From an uncultured Candidatus Saccharibacteria bacterium (GTDB taxonomy: Bacteria > Patescibacteriota > Minisyncoccia > UBA6257 > UBA11618): a stretch of DNA of 52,068 bases. Location: positions 1 to 52,068 of the forward strand of contig CAYTBX010000003.1 in the NCBI GenBank assembly GCA_964436175.1, given 5' to 3'. Positions 34,028 to 43,532 of this stretch are shown here, in pieces; the stretch's first letter is position 1; every line of letters begins with the position of its first letter. The position numbers and the translations under genes were made by a program. A model generated the notes under the pieces. The model ran no database searches. It was not told the origin of the DNA and was given only the letters and a program-made list of their open reading frames with translations.

Positions 34028-34424
34028 ATTTGACATTATAATGCATATGCATTATTCTATATTCACCTGCCAATGGGTGGCGGGGTGCGCAACCCCAGAA
34101 GGCACGCACTTCAAATGGCACGCTTTTTTAACTCTCTAGCTTAGGCTGGTGGAGTTGGTAAAAGAAAGGAGTTCTTTTGCAGGGAAAGAGAGCCTTACAA
34201 ACTCTCAGGGCTTGCATCCCCGTACTGGTATTAGCGTAACTGCTAATGAATCCTTGGCTTCGAAGCAAGTCTGCATACATGCAGGCAGGATACCATCTAC
34301 GTTTTCCCACACTAAATCTTTTTCCTATGAAACCGCGCGTGAGCCGGACATAGGACAATAACCATCCCTGTAAAAACAGGGCGAGCGCATTCCATAGTAC
34401 CGGCGAGGGACGTGGGATGCGCTC
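34028..34424. ncRNA. Candidate structured ncRNA region (identity unresolved)
   Basis: A 397-nt gap between convergent genes, packed with consecutive hairpins. No convincing ORF. Confidence 0.3.
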
Positions 34425-34862
34425 TTATTTTTCCTTAATCTTTTTAGCGAGTTCGGAGCTTGATTGCACTTTGCCGCCGCGACCGACGTTAAATATCATC
34501 TCGCAGCCTATCGCCTCGCAGGTCGCCACCTCGGGAATGTTTTCTAGCTTTCGGTCGCCGCCGTTTGCGAAAATATCTGGCTTTATTTCTTCGAGCGCCT
34601 TGCAGATACTCATGTCCGTAGTCCCCGCTTCGTGCTTTGTAAGTACTACCTCATCTACAGCGCGGAAGGCCTCGATGACTTCCTTACGCTCCGCCTCTGA
34701 CATGAAAACAAAACCTTTTTTTAACATAAGCCAGTTGTCGTTGTTCAAGACGACCACGAGCCGGTCGCCCAAGGCCCGCGCCTCCTGAAACATCCGCACG
34801 TGCCCGATATGCACGGGGTCAAAACCGCCGCTCACTACTACGGTGATAATTTTATTTTCCAT
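34425..34862 (-). CDS. Cytidylyltransferase-family nucleotidyltransferase (RfaE domain II / TagD-like)
   Basis: VVVSGGFDPVHIGHVRMF (HIGH-type motif). About 145 aa. Confidence 0.75.
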   Translation of the reverse strand: MENKIITVVVSGGFDPVHIGHVRMFQEARALGDRLVVVLNNDNWLMLKKGFVFMSEAERKEVIEAFRAVDEVVLTKHEAGTTDMSICKALEEIKPDIFANGGDRKLENIPEVATCEAIGCEMIFNVGRGGKVQSSSELAKKIKEK

Positions 34863-35511
34863 TTTTCTTTTCTTTTATAACGTAACTCCCCATCAGAGCA
34901 CTTGCAACCATGAAGAGCGCAATGAAGACGATCATGATATACACCCCGTACTGCGCGGCCATGCCACCAAAATAGAAGAATGCCAAACTAATAGGGATGT
35001 CCGCGAGTAGGGTCGCTAAAATAAATACACGGAAAGATATCTTTGTGAGCCCCGCGGCGTAACTGAAAAAGTCGAGCGCGCCGGCTGCCACGAAGCGCAA
35101 GCCGAGGAACCCCCAAAAGCGCGTGCGACCTGAAAGTGCAGCCTCAAACTTGTGGAGGTCGGCAAGACCCGTGAAACGCGCCGCAACGGGTTCGCGGAAC
35201 TTGCGGGCGATGAGGAACGCTACCACGGCGCCCACGTCCGCCCCTATGAAATTTGCTGCCCATGCCTGCCACCACGGCATAACCGCCATACTCATAAAAG
35301 CAACCGGCTGCCCCGGGAGCGGTGCAATGACAATAGCAAGGAACCGCGCGAAAGCGACGATGAAGAACGCGTACATCGGATTAGTCGCAACCGCAGCAGC
35401 AACAAGCGCCTGATACTTGCCGGAAAAGACCGGAATAAGGAAAACGGCGGCCATCACGATGCCCGCCGCCGCCATCAAAACCTTTTCGCGCGATATCTCT
35501 TTATTTGCCAT
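34852..35511 (-). CDS. TVP38/TMEM64 (DedA-related, VTT domain) membrane protein
   Basis: Polytopic, with ...IAPLPGQPVAFMSMAV...FIGADVGAVVAFLIARKF... ATG 35511 preferred. The longer 35574 start would add an Arg-rich extension encoded inside the secA 3' end. Confidence 0.5.
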   Translation of the reverse strand: MANKEISREKVLMAAAGIVMAAVFLIPVFSGKYQALVAAAVATNPMYAFFIVAFARFLAIVIAPLPGQPVAFMSMAVMPWWQAWAANFIGADVGAVVAFLIARKFREPVAARFTGLADLHKFEAALSGRTRFWGFLGLRFVAAGALDFFSYAAGLTKISFRVFILATLLADIPISLAFFYFGGMAAQYGVYIMIVFIALFMVASALMGSYVIKEKKNGK

Positions 35512-37837
35512 GGCACTTCTTGTACTTGAGCGGGTTGCCGTCCGCGTCTTTCTTGCCGCAGGGGCACGCGTCATTACGGCCCGTGCCTTCGTATTGCTTT
35601 ACGGTAGGTGCTGCGGGGATTGCAAGTGGCGAGGCAACCGGCGCAGAACTTTCTTTTGCCTCTTCGGCTGCGGCCTTCAAGCGCGCTTCGTTCTCCACCA
35701 TCCATTCTTCAAACTGCGCGAGTAGTTGCTGGTAGAGTAAATGTGCCTCACGCCGGTATTCCACTAAGGGGTCACGCTGGCCGTACGCACGGAGCCGCAC
35801 GGAATCGCGTAACGACTCCATATCTTCCAAGTGCGACATCCACAGCATGTCGAGGAAATAGAGCGCCTGCACGGGTGCGCGCTCCGTAAGCAACGTTTCA
35901 CGCTTTGCATACACGGCAGTACGCTGCTTGTTTAAAACATCGTCGTATTCGAGTAAGTGTTTGCGGGCGTCGAAGTTGAAGCCCTCTACCTTCATCTGCG
36001 CCTGCTCGATTACCTTACCGACGATGCGCGACTCGATAGGCATATCTTCCGGCATATCCATTTTCTCCATCATCCCCTTCAGGCGGTCGCCGCCGAAGAC
36101 GCGGAGCAAATCATCCTCCAAGGACATAAAGAACTGCGAGGAGCCTTCATCCCCCTGCCGGCCCGCGCGGCCACGCAGCTGGTTGTCGATACGCCGCGCT
36201 TCGTGCCGCTCGGTGCCGATAACGTGCAAACCGCCAAAGCCCTTAATCTCCGCGGCTTCATCTGCCTTCGGTGGATTGCCGCCCAAAATAATGTCCACAC
36301 CGCGGCCCGCCATATTCGTAGCAACCGTAACCGCACCCTTGCGACCCGCCTGTGCCACGATCATGCCTTCACGTTCGTGGTTCTTTGCGTTCAGCATCTC
36401 GTGCGGCACACCCGCTTTCGTAAGGAGACGCGACAAGAGCTCATTCTTTTCGATAGCGGCGGTGCCCACGAGCACCGGCTGGCCAAGTTCGTGCCGGCGC
36501 TTAATTTCGGCAACAACCGCGGCGAACTTAGCATCCAAATTTTTATAAATAAGGTCGACAGCATCTTTACGTACGCGCGGGCGGTGCGTGGGCACGGTAA
36601 TCGCCTCAAGCTTATACACCTTGTCGAATTCCTCAGCAGAAGTCTGCGCCGTACCCGTCATGCCCGCGAGTTTACCGTACATACGGAAATAGTTCTGGAT
36701 ACTCACCTCCGCGTACGTGCGCGATTCTTGCTGCACCTTCACACCCTCCTTCGCCTCGATCGCTTGGTGCAAGCCGCCCGAAAACCGCCTGCCGTGCATA
36801 AGGCGGCCAGTGAATTGGTCTACGATCACGATCTCACCATCTTTCACCACGTAGTCCTTATCGAGCTTGAAAAGACCGTACGCGCGCAAAGTCTCCTGCA
36901 AGTAGTGGACGAGGCGCAGGTTTTCCGTAGCGTACAAGTCCGCAATACCGAGGGCTTTCTCGACCTTGTCGATACCTTCTTGCGTTATGTCCACCGCCTT
37001 TATCTTTTCGTCCACCATGTAATCCGTTTCGCGAATCAGGCCGTGAACGATGCGCGAGAACGTCTTATAGTATTCGCTCGATTCGCTGTCGGGCGCAGAA
37101 ATTATCAAAGGCGTACGCGCCTCGTCTATTAAAATACTATCCACCTCGTCGATAATGGCGTACTGCCACCCGCGCTGGACTTGGCTTTCTTTCGCATATG
37201 CAAGATTGTCGCGCAGGTAGTCGAAGCCGAATTCGTGGTTCGTACCATAGGTAATATCCGCCGCATACGCCTCCTTACGCGAAATGGGGCGCAGGTAATC
37301 CTCTTCTATGCGGAAGCTGCCTTCGGCGTCGCGAATTGCATCCACCTCCTTTTCTGCCTTGAAATGCGGGTCATACGCGTATGCGCTGTCGTGCGCAATA
37401 ATCGCCACGGAAATTCCCAAGAGATAGTAGACCTGCCCCATCCAAATAGCGTCGCGCTTCGCCAAGTAGTCGTTCACCGTAACCAAATGCACGCCCTTAC
37501 CGCTTAAGGCGTTCAAATACGCGGGGCAGGTACCCACCAATGTCTTACCTTCACCAGTCGCCATTTCGGCGATTTTACCGTCGTGTAAAACCATACCGCC
37601 AATGAGCTGCACGTCGTAATGACGCTGTTTCAAGGTACGCAAAGACGCTTCGCGTATAAGTGCAAAGGCGCGCGGTAAAAGCGCAGTAAGCGGTTCGCCC
37701 GCCTGCGCGCGCTTACGGAGCGCAGCGCTCTCCGCGGCTAAGCCGCTGTCAGGCAGGCCTTTAAGCTCCGCTTCAAGGGCGTTAATTTCTAAAACCCGCT
37801 TCTTATAAGCTTTTAGGGGGTCGAATAGGTTAAACAT
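35501..37837 (-). CDS. secA: Preprotein translocase ATPase SecA
   Basis: MATGEGKTLV Walker A, the DEVDSILIDEARTPLIIS DEAD-like box, and the C-terminal zinc motif CPCGKK...YKKCHGK. Confidence 0.95.
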   Translation of the reverse strand: MFNLFDPLKAYKKRVLEINALEAELKGLPDSGLAAESAALRKRAQAGEPLTALLPRAFALIREASLRTLKQRHYDVQLIGGMVLHDGKIAEMATGEGKTLVGTCPAYLNALSGKGVHLVTVNDYLAKRDAIWMGQVYYLLGISVAIIAHDSAYAYDPHFKAEKEVDAIRDAEGSFRIEEDYLRPISRKEAYAADITYGTNHEFGFDYLRDNLAYAKESQVQRGWQYAIIDEVDSILIDEARTPLIISAPDSESSEYYKTFSRIVHGLIRETDYMVDEKIKAVDITQEGIDKVEKALGIADLYATENLRLVHYLQETLRAYGLFKLDKDYVVKDGEIVIVDQFTGRLMHGRRFSGGLHQAIEAKEGVKVQQESRTYAEVSIQNYFRMYGKLAGMTGTAQTSAEEFDKVYKLEAITVPTHRPRVRKDAVDLIYKNLDAKFAAVVAEIKRRHELGQPVLVGTAAIEKNELLSRLLTKAGVPHEMLNAKNHEREGMIVAQAGRKGAVTVATNMAGRGVDIILGGNPPKADEAAEIKGFGGLHVIGTERHEARRIDNQLRGRAGRQGDEGSSQFFMSLEDDLLRVFGGDRLKGMMEKMDMPEDMPIESRIVGKVIEQAQMKVEGFNFDARKHLLEYDDVLNKQRTAVYAKRETLLTERAPVQALYFLDMLWMSHLEDMESLRDSVRLRAYGQRDPLVEYRREAHLLYQQLLAQFEEWMVENEARLKAAAEEAKESSAPVASPLAIPAAPTVKQYEGTGRNDACPCGKKDADGNPLKYKKCHGK

Positions 37838-37841
37838 CGAA

Positions 37842-38792
37842 TCAAGCGTATTCTATTTCTTCGTGAAGCGCTATGCCGAACTCGTCCATCACCCGCGCCT
37901 TCACGAGCGCCACTAAGCCTTTTACATCCTCAGCTTCCGCGCCGCAGGCGTTTACGATGAAGTTAGGGTGCTTCTGCGAGACCATCGCCCCGCCGCAACT
38001 CACGCCCTTTAAGCCTACTTTATCGATAAGGAATGCGGCGGGGATCACGGGGAACGGATCCTGCTTCATATGTTTCTTAATATCATCGCGCGACTGCATT
38101 GCCGCCGGTACCAAATCCCACGCGACGTTCTTGAAAATACTCCCGACGTTCGGGTATTCGAGCGGCTGGCGCGAAGCGCGCCACGCGATTTTTTCGTTAA
38201 CCACGTGCCGTACGGCCGCGGGCGTCGCGCGCGTAAGCACGAACGTTGCCGCAAGCACGATCTCCTTACCGGATAGATCTTTGAAGGCGCTCGAACGGTA
38301 GCCGAACTTACAGGCATCGTTGTCGCGTATTTTGATATGCGGTTTCGCACCACTCATATCAAAACTCGCGACGCTTACTATAGAATCTTTCATTTCGCCG
38401 CCGAAGGCGCCCGCGTTGCCGCGTATGGCGCCGCCTACCGTCCCTGGCAAGCCCCCCGCCCACTCGAGGCCAGAAAAACCTTCTGCCGCGCACATAGCGA
38501 GCAGGTCGTGCACCGGCACGCCCGCGCCACACATTACCGTAACCGTTTCCGGCAGTGCCGTGTTTATGGAAATGAAACGGATGTCGGGTTTTACAACGAG
38601 CCCGTCGAACACACCGTCGCTAAAAAGCACGTTCGTGCCCCCGCCTAATACGAAAAGCGGTACGTTCTTTTCTTTAGCGAAAGAAATGGCGTGCATGATA
38701 TGGTGCAAACCTTCCGCATGACAAAAATAGCGGGCAGTGCCGCCGATAGCGTAGTTGCTGTATTTTTTAAGAGAAACGTTTTCTGAAATCAT
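37842..38792 (-). CDS. murB: UDP-N-acetylenolpyruvoylglucosamine reductase
   Basis: FAD-binding GGGTNVLFSD and the GLEWAGGLPGTVGGAIRGNAGAFGGE motif. Confidence 0.9.
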   Translation of the reverse strand: MISENVSLKKYSNYAIGGTARYFCHAEGLHHIMHAISFAKEKNVPLFVLGGGTNVLFSDGVFDGLVVKPDIRFISINTALPETVTVMCGAGVPVHDLLAMCAAEGFSGLEWAGGLPGTVGGAIRGNAGAFGGEMKDSIVSVASFDMSGAKPHIKIRDNDACKFGYRSSAFKDLSGKEIVLAATFVLTRATPAAVRHVVNEKIAWRASRQPLEYPNVGSIFKNVAWDLVPAAMQSRDDIKKHMKQDPFPVIPAAFLIDKVGLKGVSCGGAMVSQKHPNFIVNACGAEAEDVKGLVALVKARVMDEFGIALHEEIEYA

Positions 38793-38930
38793 GGGACTTA
38801 GGAATACAGGAATACATGTTCCCGTAGGAGGCGGCTAGTTGACCCCTGTTAACCAATGGTAATAAATGAGTGCTGGAACCGCCTCCTAACCTTAAGTATA
38901 AGAAAACGAGAGCGGTAAAAGCAAACCAAC

Positions 38931-38956
38931 AAAAAACCCCGCAAGCGGGGTTTTTT
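38931..38956. terminator. Bidirectional intrinsic terminator
   Basis: AAAAAA-CCCCGC-AA-GCGGGG-TTTTTT. Confidence 0.75.
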
Positions 38957-39059
38957 GCCATTGGTTTAGGGGCCTGCTAAGCAAATTAATACTCACTCAA
39001 CAACCACCCTCATTTACCTGTTAACCAGTGTACACTAGCCGGCTAAAAAAAGCAAGTGA

Positions 39060-39830
39060 CTACCGCAACTCGTAGGTAACGGAGACCGTTACGCGCGCCT
39101 CATCACTCCCCGCTTCGAATTGCGGTACGTTGCTCGCGTCGCCTCCCATCGCCATCTCCGCCTTCATGTACATCGGACGGGGGTAGTTATTACCGGAGCC
39201 TTCGGAGAACGTGACGACGCGGCCCACGCCTGCCCCTGCAAGCTTCGCGAGCTCCTTAGCCTTCGCGTGCGCCTTATTGAAGGCTTCTTCGCGCGCCCCG
39301 TGCAAAAACGCATCCATATTTTCAACGCTGAAGTCCGGACCCGAAATCTGGTTTATTCCCGCAGCCGGCAATTGGCCGACGATTTTACCCGCATCATCTA
39401 AGTTGCGGACTTTAACCGTAACCGTCTGCGTGATCTGGTAGCCGTCTATGCGCGACTTGCCGGTTTTTTGTTCGTACGTGTACCGCGGCGACAAGTTGTA
39501 TGCCGAGGTCTGTATGTCCTTATCCGCTATCTTAAAGCCCTTCACTATAGCGATCGCGGCGTTCATCTTGTTCGTATTTTCCTCCTGTATTGCCGTTGCA
39601 CTCGCTCCTTCTGATATCACCGAGAACGATACCGTCGCGAGGTTCGGTACGATAATCGCTACCCCCTCCGCACTTACCGTAACCGTACGGGCCGACGGCA
39701 CTGCATTAGACCAACTCCTTAAAGCACATGCCCCAAAGAGCAATGCAATGATAGCCGCCCACATGAAAACGATACGCGACCAAACGATTATCTTATCTTC
39801 GCTTTTTACGATTTTGACGCCGAATGCCAT
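39060..39830 (-). CDS. SIMPL/DUF541 (BP26-like) periplasmic protein
   Basis: TM anchor followed by the pattern ...TVSAEGVAIIVPNLATVSFSV...NAAIAIVKGF...IQTSAYNLSPRY... Confidence 0.7.
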   Translation of the reverse strand: MAFGVKIVKSEDKIIVWSRIVFMWAAIIALLFGACALRSWSNAVPSARTVTVSAEGVAIIVPNLATVSFSVISEGASATAIQEENTNKMNAAIAIVKGFKIADKDIQTSAYNLSPRYTYEQKTGKSRIDGYQITQTVTVKVRNLDDAGKIVGQLPAAGINQISGPDFSVENMDAFLHGAREEAFNKAHAKAKELAKLAGAGVGRVVTFSEGSGNNYPRPMYMKAEMAMGGDASNVPQFEAGSDEARVTVSVTYELR

Positions 39831-40504
39831 ATCTTTTTTAATTCTTCTACGTTAACGCTTGCGGCCCCGACCAAAAGGCCGTCTATGTCTTTATTATGCA
39901 AATACTCCTCGGCGTTTTTCGAAGTTATGGAGCCGCCGTACAAATACTTCGCTTCTACGCCAACACCTAAGTGTAACAACTGCTCCTTACTGTAGGCAAT
40001 GCGGTGCGCTGCGGTTTCCGGCGAACAACGCTCTGCTTCCCCGCCCGTACTGATTGCCCATAAGGGTTCATACGCGACATACACCGGACAACTTTCAAGA
40101 TTGAGGTCACGGAGGCGCGACAAACCCTGCCTTAGTTGACGTTTCAAAACCTCGTTCGTTACGCCGTCATCCCTCTCGGCACGGCTTTCGCCTACGCATA
40201 GCACAGGAATAATGCCGTCCCGCACGGCAAGCGCAAGCTTTTCGGCGACAATAGAATCCGTATCACCTACAGCCCGCCTATCCGCATGCCCTACGAGGCT
40301 ATACCGCGCCCCACTCACAAAAGCATCCGGCGCATAGTCCTGCACCCCAAGCTCAGCATGCTTCACAACCGCAGCCACCTCACTTAAAAACTCATGCGGC
40401 GGTAAAAGCACTAAGCCCTTAGCATCCGTAGCCCGCGCCAACTCCACGGCCCCCGCCTCGGTCTTCACCCTCTTTTTCCAATTGGCGAAAATAATCTTTG
40501 CCAT
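39806..40504 (-). CDS. tpiA: Triosephosphate isomerase
   Basis: ANWK, GHADRR (GHSERR-type), VAYEPLWAISTG and YGGSI motifs. ATG 40504 (MAKIIFANWK) preferred over 40549. Confidence 0.85.
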   Translation of the reverse strand: MAKIIFANWKKRVKTEAGAVELARATDAKGLVLLPPHEFLSEVAAVVKHAELGVQDYAPDAFVSGARYSLVGHADRRAVGDTDSIVAEKLALAVRDGIIPVLCVGESRAERDDGVTNEVLKRQLRQGLSRLRDLNLESCPVYVAYEPLWAISTGGEAERCSPETAAHRIAYSKEQLLHLGVGVEAKYLYGGSITSKNAEEYLHNKDIDGLLVGAASVNVEELKKIWHSASKS

Positions 40505-40542
40505 ACCCCTAGTATACCACCCATAAAAATAACCGCCTGTGA

Positions 40543-40572
40543 TTGACAAATATATAATTAGCGTGGTAATAT
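40543..40572 (+). promoter_or_regulatory. Sigma70-like promoter
   Basis: TTGACA, 18 nt, TAATAT. The downstream ATG at 40622 is preceded by GGAGAG. Confidence 0.6.
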
Positions 40573-40621
40573 ATATTTAGACCTTAACCCTGAACAGGAC
40601 CTCTATATACGGAGAGACCGC

Positions 40622-40975
40622 ATGCAAGTACTGAATTCGGAAGAGCTCAATCAGCTCGCTGTAAAACACGAAGCGAATTTCTTTGATGTCCAGCTCAAAG
40701 CGACGGAATTACGGGCGCATCATTCGGAGATAGCGAGCCTGAATGCAGAACAATACGCGGAACTCCTCGCAAGGCATTCCCACCTTGGCAACTATTACAC
40801 AACCGCCCTCCTTTGGTTCGTGTATGCAAACCGAAATTTGGATGCCTATGCAATGACAGATCTTCTCGTTGCACTCACGCTCAGCAATACGAAGGAAATA
40901 AACCGTCAACAAGAACCGTTCGTCCGCAAAGAACGCGGAGGCCGAAGGAGCCGCCAAGCCGTCCATCAAGAATAA
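40622..40975 (+). CDS. Hypothetical protein (117 aa)
   Basis: Own promoter, SD and terminator. No recognisable motifs. Confidence 0.5.
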   Translation: MQVLNSEELNQLAVKHEANFFDVQLKATELRAHHSEIASLNAEQYAELLARHSHLGNYYTTALLWFVYANRNLDAYAMTDLLVALTLSNTKEINRQQEPFVRKERGGRRSRQAVHQE

Positions 40976-40993
40976 AAGCCGCACCACCCAAAA

Positions 40994-41031
40994 AAGCCCG
41001 ACCGATTTCACTCGGTCGGGCTTCCTTTTTT
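40994..41031 (+). terminator. Intrinsic terminator
   Basis: AAGCCCGACCGA-TTTCAC-TCGGTCGGGCTT followed by CCTTTTTT. Confidence 0.8.
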
Positions 41032-41052
41032 ATTTCCCTTAATAAAAGGTGT

Positions 41053-41263
41053 GTAGCGGACATGCATTTCATGAACCCAGTGGAGGCGCAACTATAAATC
41101 AGCGAGCAGAGCCGAACGAAACAAGAAAAAAATCGCTGTATGAATCCCAAAAAATCCCCATCAGGGGATTTTTGGTTGAGTTCGATTTTTTCGCCAGTTT
41201 CGGAGGCGGAGCGAGCTAGATTTATTTGCGCTGGAACAGGTTCATGAAATGCACGTCCGCTAC
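41053..41263. repeat. 211-nt imperfect palindromic element with 25-nt terminal inverted repeats
   Basis: GTAGCGGACATGCATTTCATGAACC (41053-41077) against GGTTCATGAAATGCACGTCCGCTAC (41239-41263), one mismatch. The arms stay partly complementary inward (GCGCAA, ATAAATC, CGAAAC, AAAAAATCG). The apex hairpin is AAAAAATCCCC-ATCA-GGGGATTTTT. Confidence 0.8.
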
Positions 41264-41269
41264 GCAACC

Positions 41270-43096
41270 TTACATGCGGTTCTCGTAATACCACTTCATC
41301 ACGTCCCTCCCTATCGGCACGGCGTTCAAACTCCCCGTCTTTGCGTCTTCCACAAGCACCAATACCGCGAGCTCCGGATCATCCGACGGGCCGTAGCCCA
41401 TGAAGAATGCGTTCGTCTTCGCGTTGTTCTGGATTTGCGCGCTGCCCGTTTTACCAGAGCTCTTATAGGGCAAGTCGTATAAGGCGTTCGCCGTGCCGTA
41501 CGGCTTTGCCACCACGTCGCGCACGCCTTGCCGCACCGCGGTTATTTCGTCCGTCCACCCCGAATAATCCTGCAGTACTTCCGGCGCGGCTTTCGACAAC
41601 AAGAAATGCGGCTTAATCGCCACCCCCTTATTTGCGAGTGAAGAAAAGAACGTAAGCAAGCGAAGCGGCGTCACCTGCAAATCCCCCTGCCCGATAGCCA
41701 CGTTGTACGTATCGCCGATACGCCACGGCTGGCCCGTGCGCCGTTCTTTTTCCACGGGATTCGGTAAAAAACCTGCACCCTCGGCGGGCATATCCACGCC
41801 AGTCTTTTTGTCCAACCCGAATATCTTCCAATATTCGTTCAATTTATTGATACCCAACCCCTTACTGCGGCCCACGCCGTTGCAGGTCGAAGCAGTGCAC
41901 CCGCCACCCACGACATAAAAATAAACGTTACTCGACCGCGCGAGCGCGGAATACATATTTACCAAGCCCTGCGCCTTCCAATCCAAAAACTTGCTCGGCT
42001 TTTCAGGGTCGTACGGATTCGGCAGTTCCAAGTAGCCTTTTGAATAGACGGTAAATTCCGGCGTTACGAGCTTTTCGTGCAGTGCGGCAAGCGCCACCAA
42101 GGGCTTGATAGTCGAACCCGGCGAATAGACGCCCGAAATGGCGCGATTAAAGAGCGGGTTACCGGCGGTCAATAGGTACTTCGCCGGATTATTGTTATCG
42201 AATGACGGAAAGCTCACGAGCGCCAAAATCTCGCCTGACTTGGGGTTCATAGCAAGACCCACGCCCTGCGTCTTCCCGAGGGACGTGAGGCCCTCTTTAA
42301 AGCGTTCGTAAAAATAACGCTGAAGGCCTGCGTCGATCGTGGTCGTGAGCGTCTGCCCTGGGCTGGACTCCTGCTCTTTTTTCTCGGCGAGTACGGTGCC
42401 GTGCGCGTCGCGGTAGGCGATTCTCACGCCATCCCTACCACGAAGCGTTCCGTCATACTCGGCTTCAAGGCCCGCCGCGCCCTCTATCGTACTTTTGAAA
42501 TCGACACTTTTCGTGTAGCCGAGGATATGGGAAAAAATAAAAGGATCGGGGTATTCGCGCCGGTAATCGTCTTCCACGATAAGCGCATCGTCGCCTACGG
42601 CACGCAAGTCGATTGCCTGCTCGGCGGTAATACCCTTAGCAACCGTCACTCGCGAAGCGCCCTCTTCCTCACCGCTTTCAAGTAACGCCTTGATTTCGGT
42701 TGGGGAGACAGACAAACTAGCAGCGATTTTTGCGGTAAGCGACGTACGCGAATCGGCCGAGCGGCCCCTGCGGTACAGCTCCGCGATATCGAGGCTTACC
42801 GTGAAGCTCGGTACGTTCTTCACGAGCGCTTCGCCGAACCGGTCGGTAATAACGCCACGGTACGCGGGGAGGGTTATCCGCTTGTCGGCGTTCGCAACGC
42901 CGCGCGCCTTGTAATCCGCCCCGTACACGAACGAAATAAAAACGAACCGGACGAAGAAAGAGGCTATGAGAAAAAGGCCAGCGAAAGCGACAAGAAAAAA
43001 CGCGCCGCGGGGCATCGGCGATTCCAAACGAGACGATCCCGACCAATCGTCGAAAATCGACTCTTCAAAACTGATATCTTCTTCAGCGTCGCGCAT
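41270..43096 (-). CDS. mrdA: Penicillin-binding protein 2 (elongasome transpeptidase)
   Basis: SPGSTIKP (SxxK), SSN and KTGSA motifs. Downstream of mreBCD. Confidence 0.85.
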   Translation of the reverse strand: MRDAEEDISFEESIFDDWSGSSRLESPMPRGAFFLVAFAGLFLIASFFVRFVFISFVYGADYKARGVANADKRITLPAYRGVITDRFGEALVKNVPSFTVSLDIAELYRRGRSADSRTSLTAKIAASLSVSPTEIKALLESGEEEGASRVTVAKGITAEQAIDLRAVGDDALIVEDDYRREYPDPFIFSHILGYTKSVDFKSTIEGAAGLEAEYDGTLRGRDGVRIAYRDAHGTVLAEKKEQESSPGQTLTTTIDAGLQRYFYERFKEGLTSLGKTQGVGLAMNPKSGEILALVSFPSFDNNNPAKYLLTAGNPLFNRAISGVYSPGSTIKPLVALAALHEKLVTPEFTVYSKGYLELPNPYDPEKPSKFLDWKAQGLVNMYSALARSSNVYFYVVGGGCTASTCNGVGRSKGLGINKLNEYWKIFGLDKKTGVDMPAEGAGFLPNPVEKERRTGQPWRIGDTYNVAIGQGDLQVTPLRLLTFFSSLANKGVAIKPHFLLSKAAPEVLQDYSGWTDEITAVRQGVRDVVAKPYGTANALYDLPYKSSGKTGSAQIQNNAKTNAFFMGYGPSDDPELAVLVLVEDAKTGSLNAVPIGRDVMKWYYENRM

Positions 43097-43532
43097 AGCG
43101 GGGCGGTATAAGCGCGTAGAGCGCGGCGAATACCGCTACGCTACAGAGTGCATCACGCGCCGCTGCCGGCGCAAGACGCGCCATAAGACGTGAGTCTAAA
43201 GAGACATACGTGAGAAACGAAAAAAACAGGACGATGGCACAGCCGGCAAGGAACGGTTGCCATGGCGCCGCGCGCCTCATTCCCTGCGTCATCGCGAAAA
43301 CGGCGGCGAAAAAAAGGAGAGCCGGAACGAAGCCGATACCAGCGGCAAGCCCGCAAGCGGCCGCAAGAGCTAAGAACGCGCATTCGTAGAACGTGCTGAA
43401 AGAGAATGCGAAGAGAACGGTAAGCGCAAGCGCGACGTTGGCTGTAGCGCCGAAAAACATGAAAAGCGGCGATACCTGCGCGTATGCCGCAAGGAAGAGC
43501 GCGATTCCGGCACCGGCTAATCGCGTGTCCAT
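43083..43532 (-). CDS. mreD: Rod shape-determining protein MreD-like
   Basis: Small polytopic membrane protein immediately after mreC. Confidence 0.6.
   Translation of the reverse strand: MDTRLAGAGIALFLAAYAQVSPLFMFFGATANVALALTVLFAFSFSTFYECAFLALAAACGLAAGIGFVPALLFFAAVFAMTQGMRRAAPWQPFLAGCAIVLFFSFLTYVSLDSRLMARLAPAAARDALCSVAVFAALYALIPPRYARR

Noticed and set aside
34128-34361. 76-aa (minus) and 70-aa (plus) ORFs inside the 397-nt gap
   Set aside because: They overlap each other on opposite strands, have no SD or start context, show odd composition, and are filled with hairpins. The gap is treated as non-coding.
34028-34424. Assignment of the gap to RNase P RNA or tmRNA
   Set aside because: No complementary P4 3' strand (ACAGAA-CCGGCTTA-like) could be found for the CR-I-like ATGTCCGG. 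No TTCGA-type T-arm or G3:U70 acceptor is present for tmRNA, and candidate tag frames end atypically. The region is left as an unresolved ncRNA candidate.
38825-38888. 10-bp hairpin TAGGAGGCGG / CCGCCTCCTA in the murB leader, and the CCTGTTAACCA 11-mer repeated at 38845 and 39017
   Set aside because: The SD-like AGGAGG is about 35-95 nt from the murB ATG, so it is not an obvious sequestration switch. 11-mer repeats are expected by chance hundreds of times in this window.
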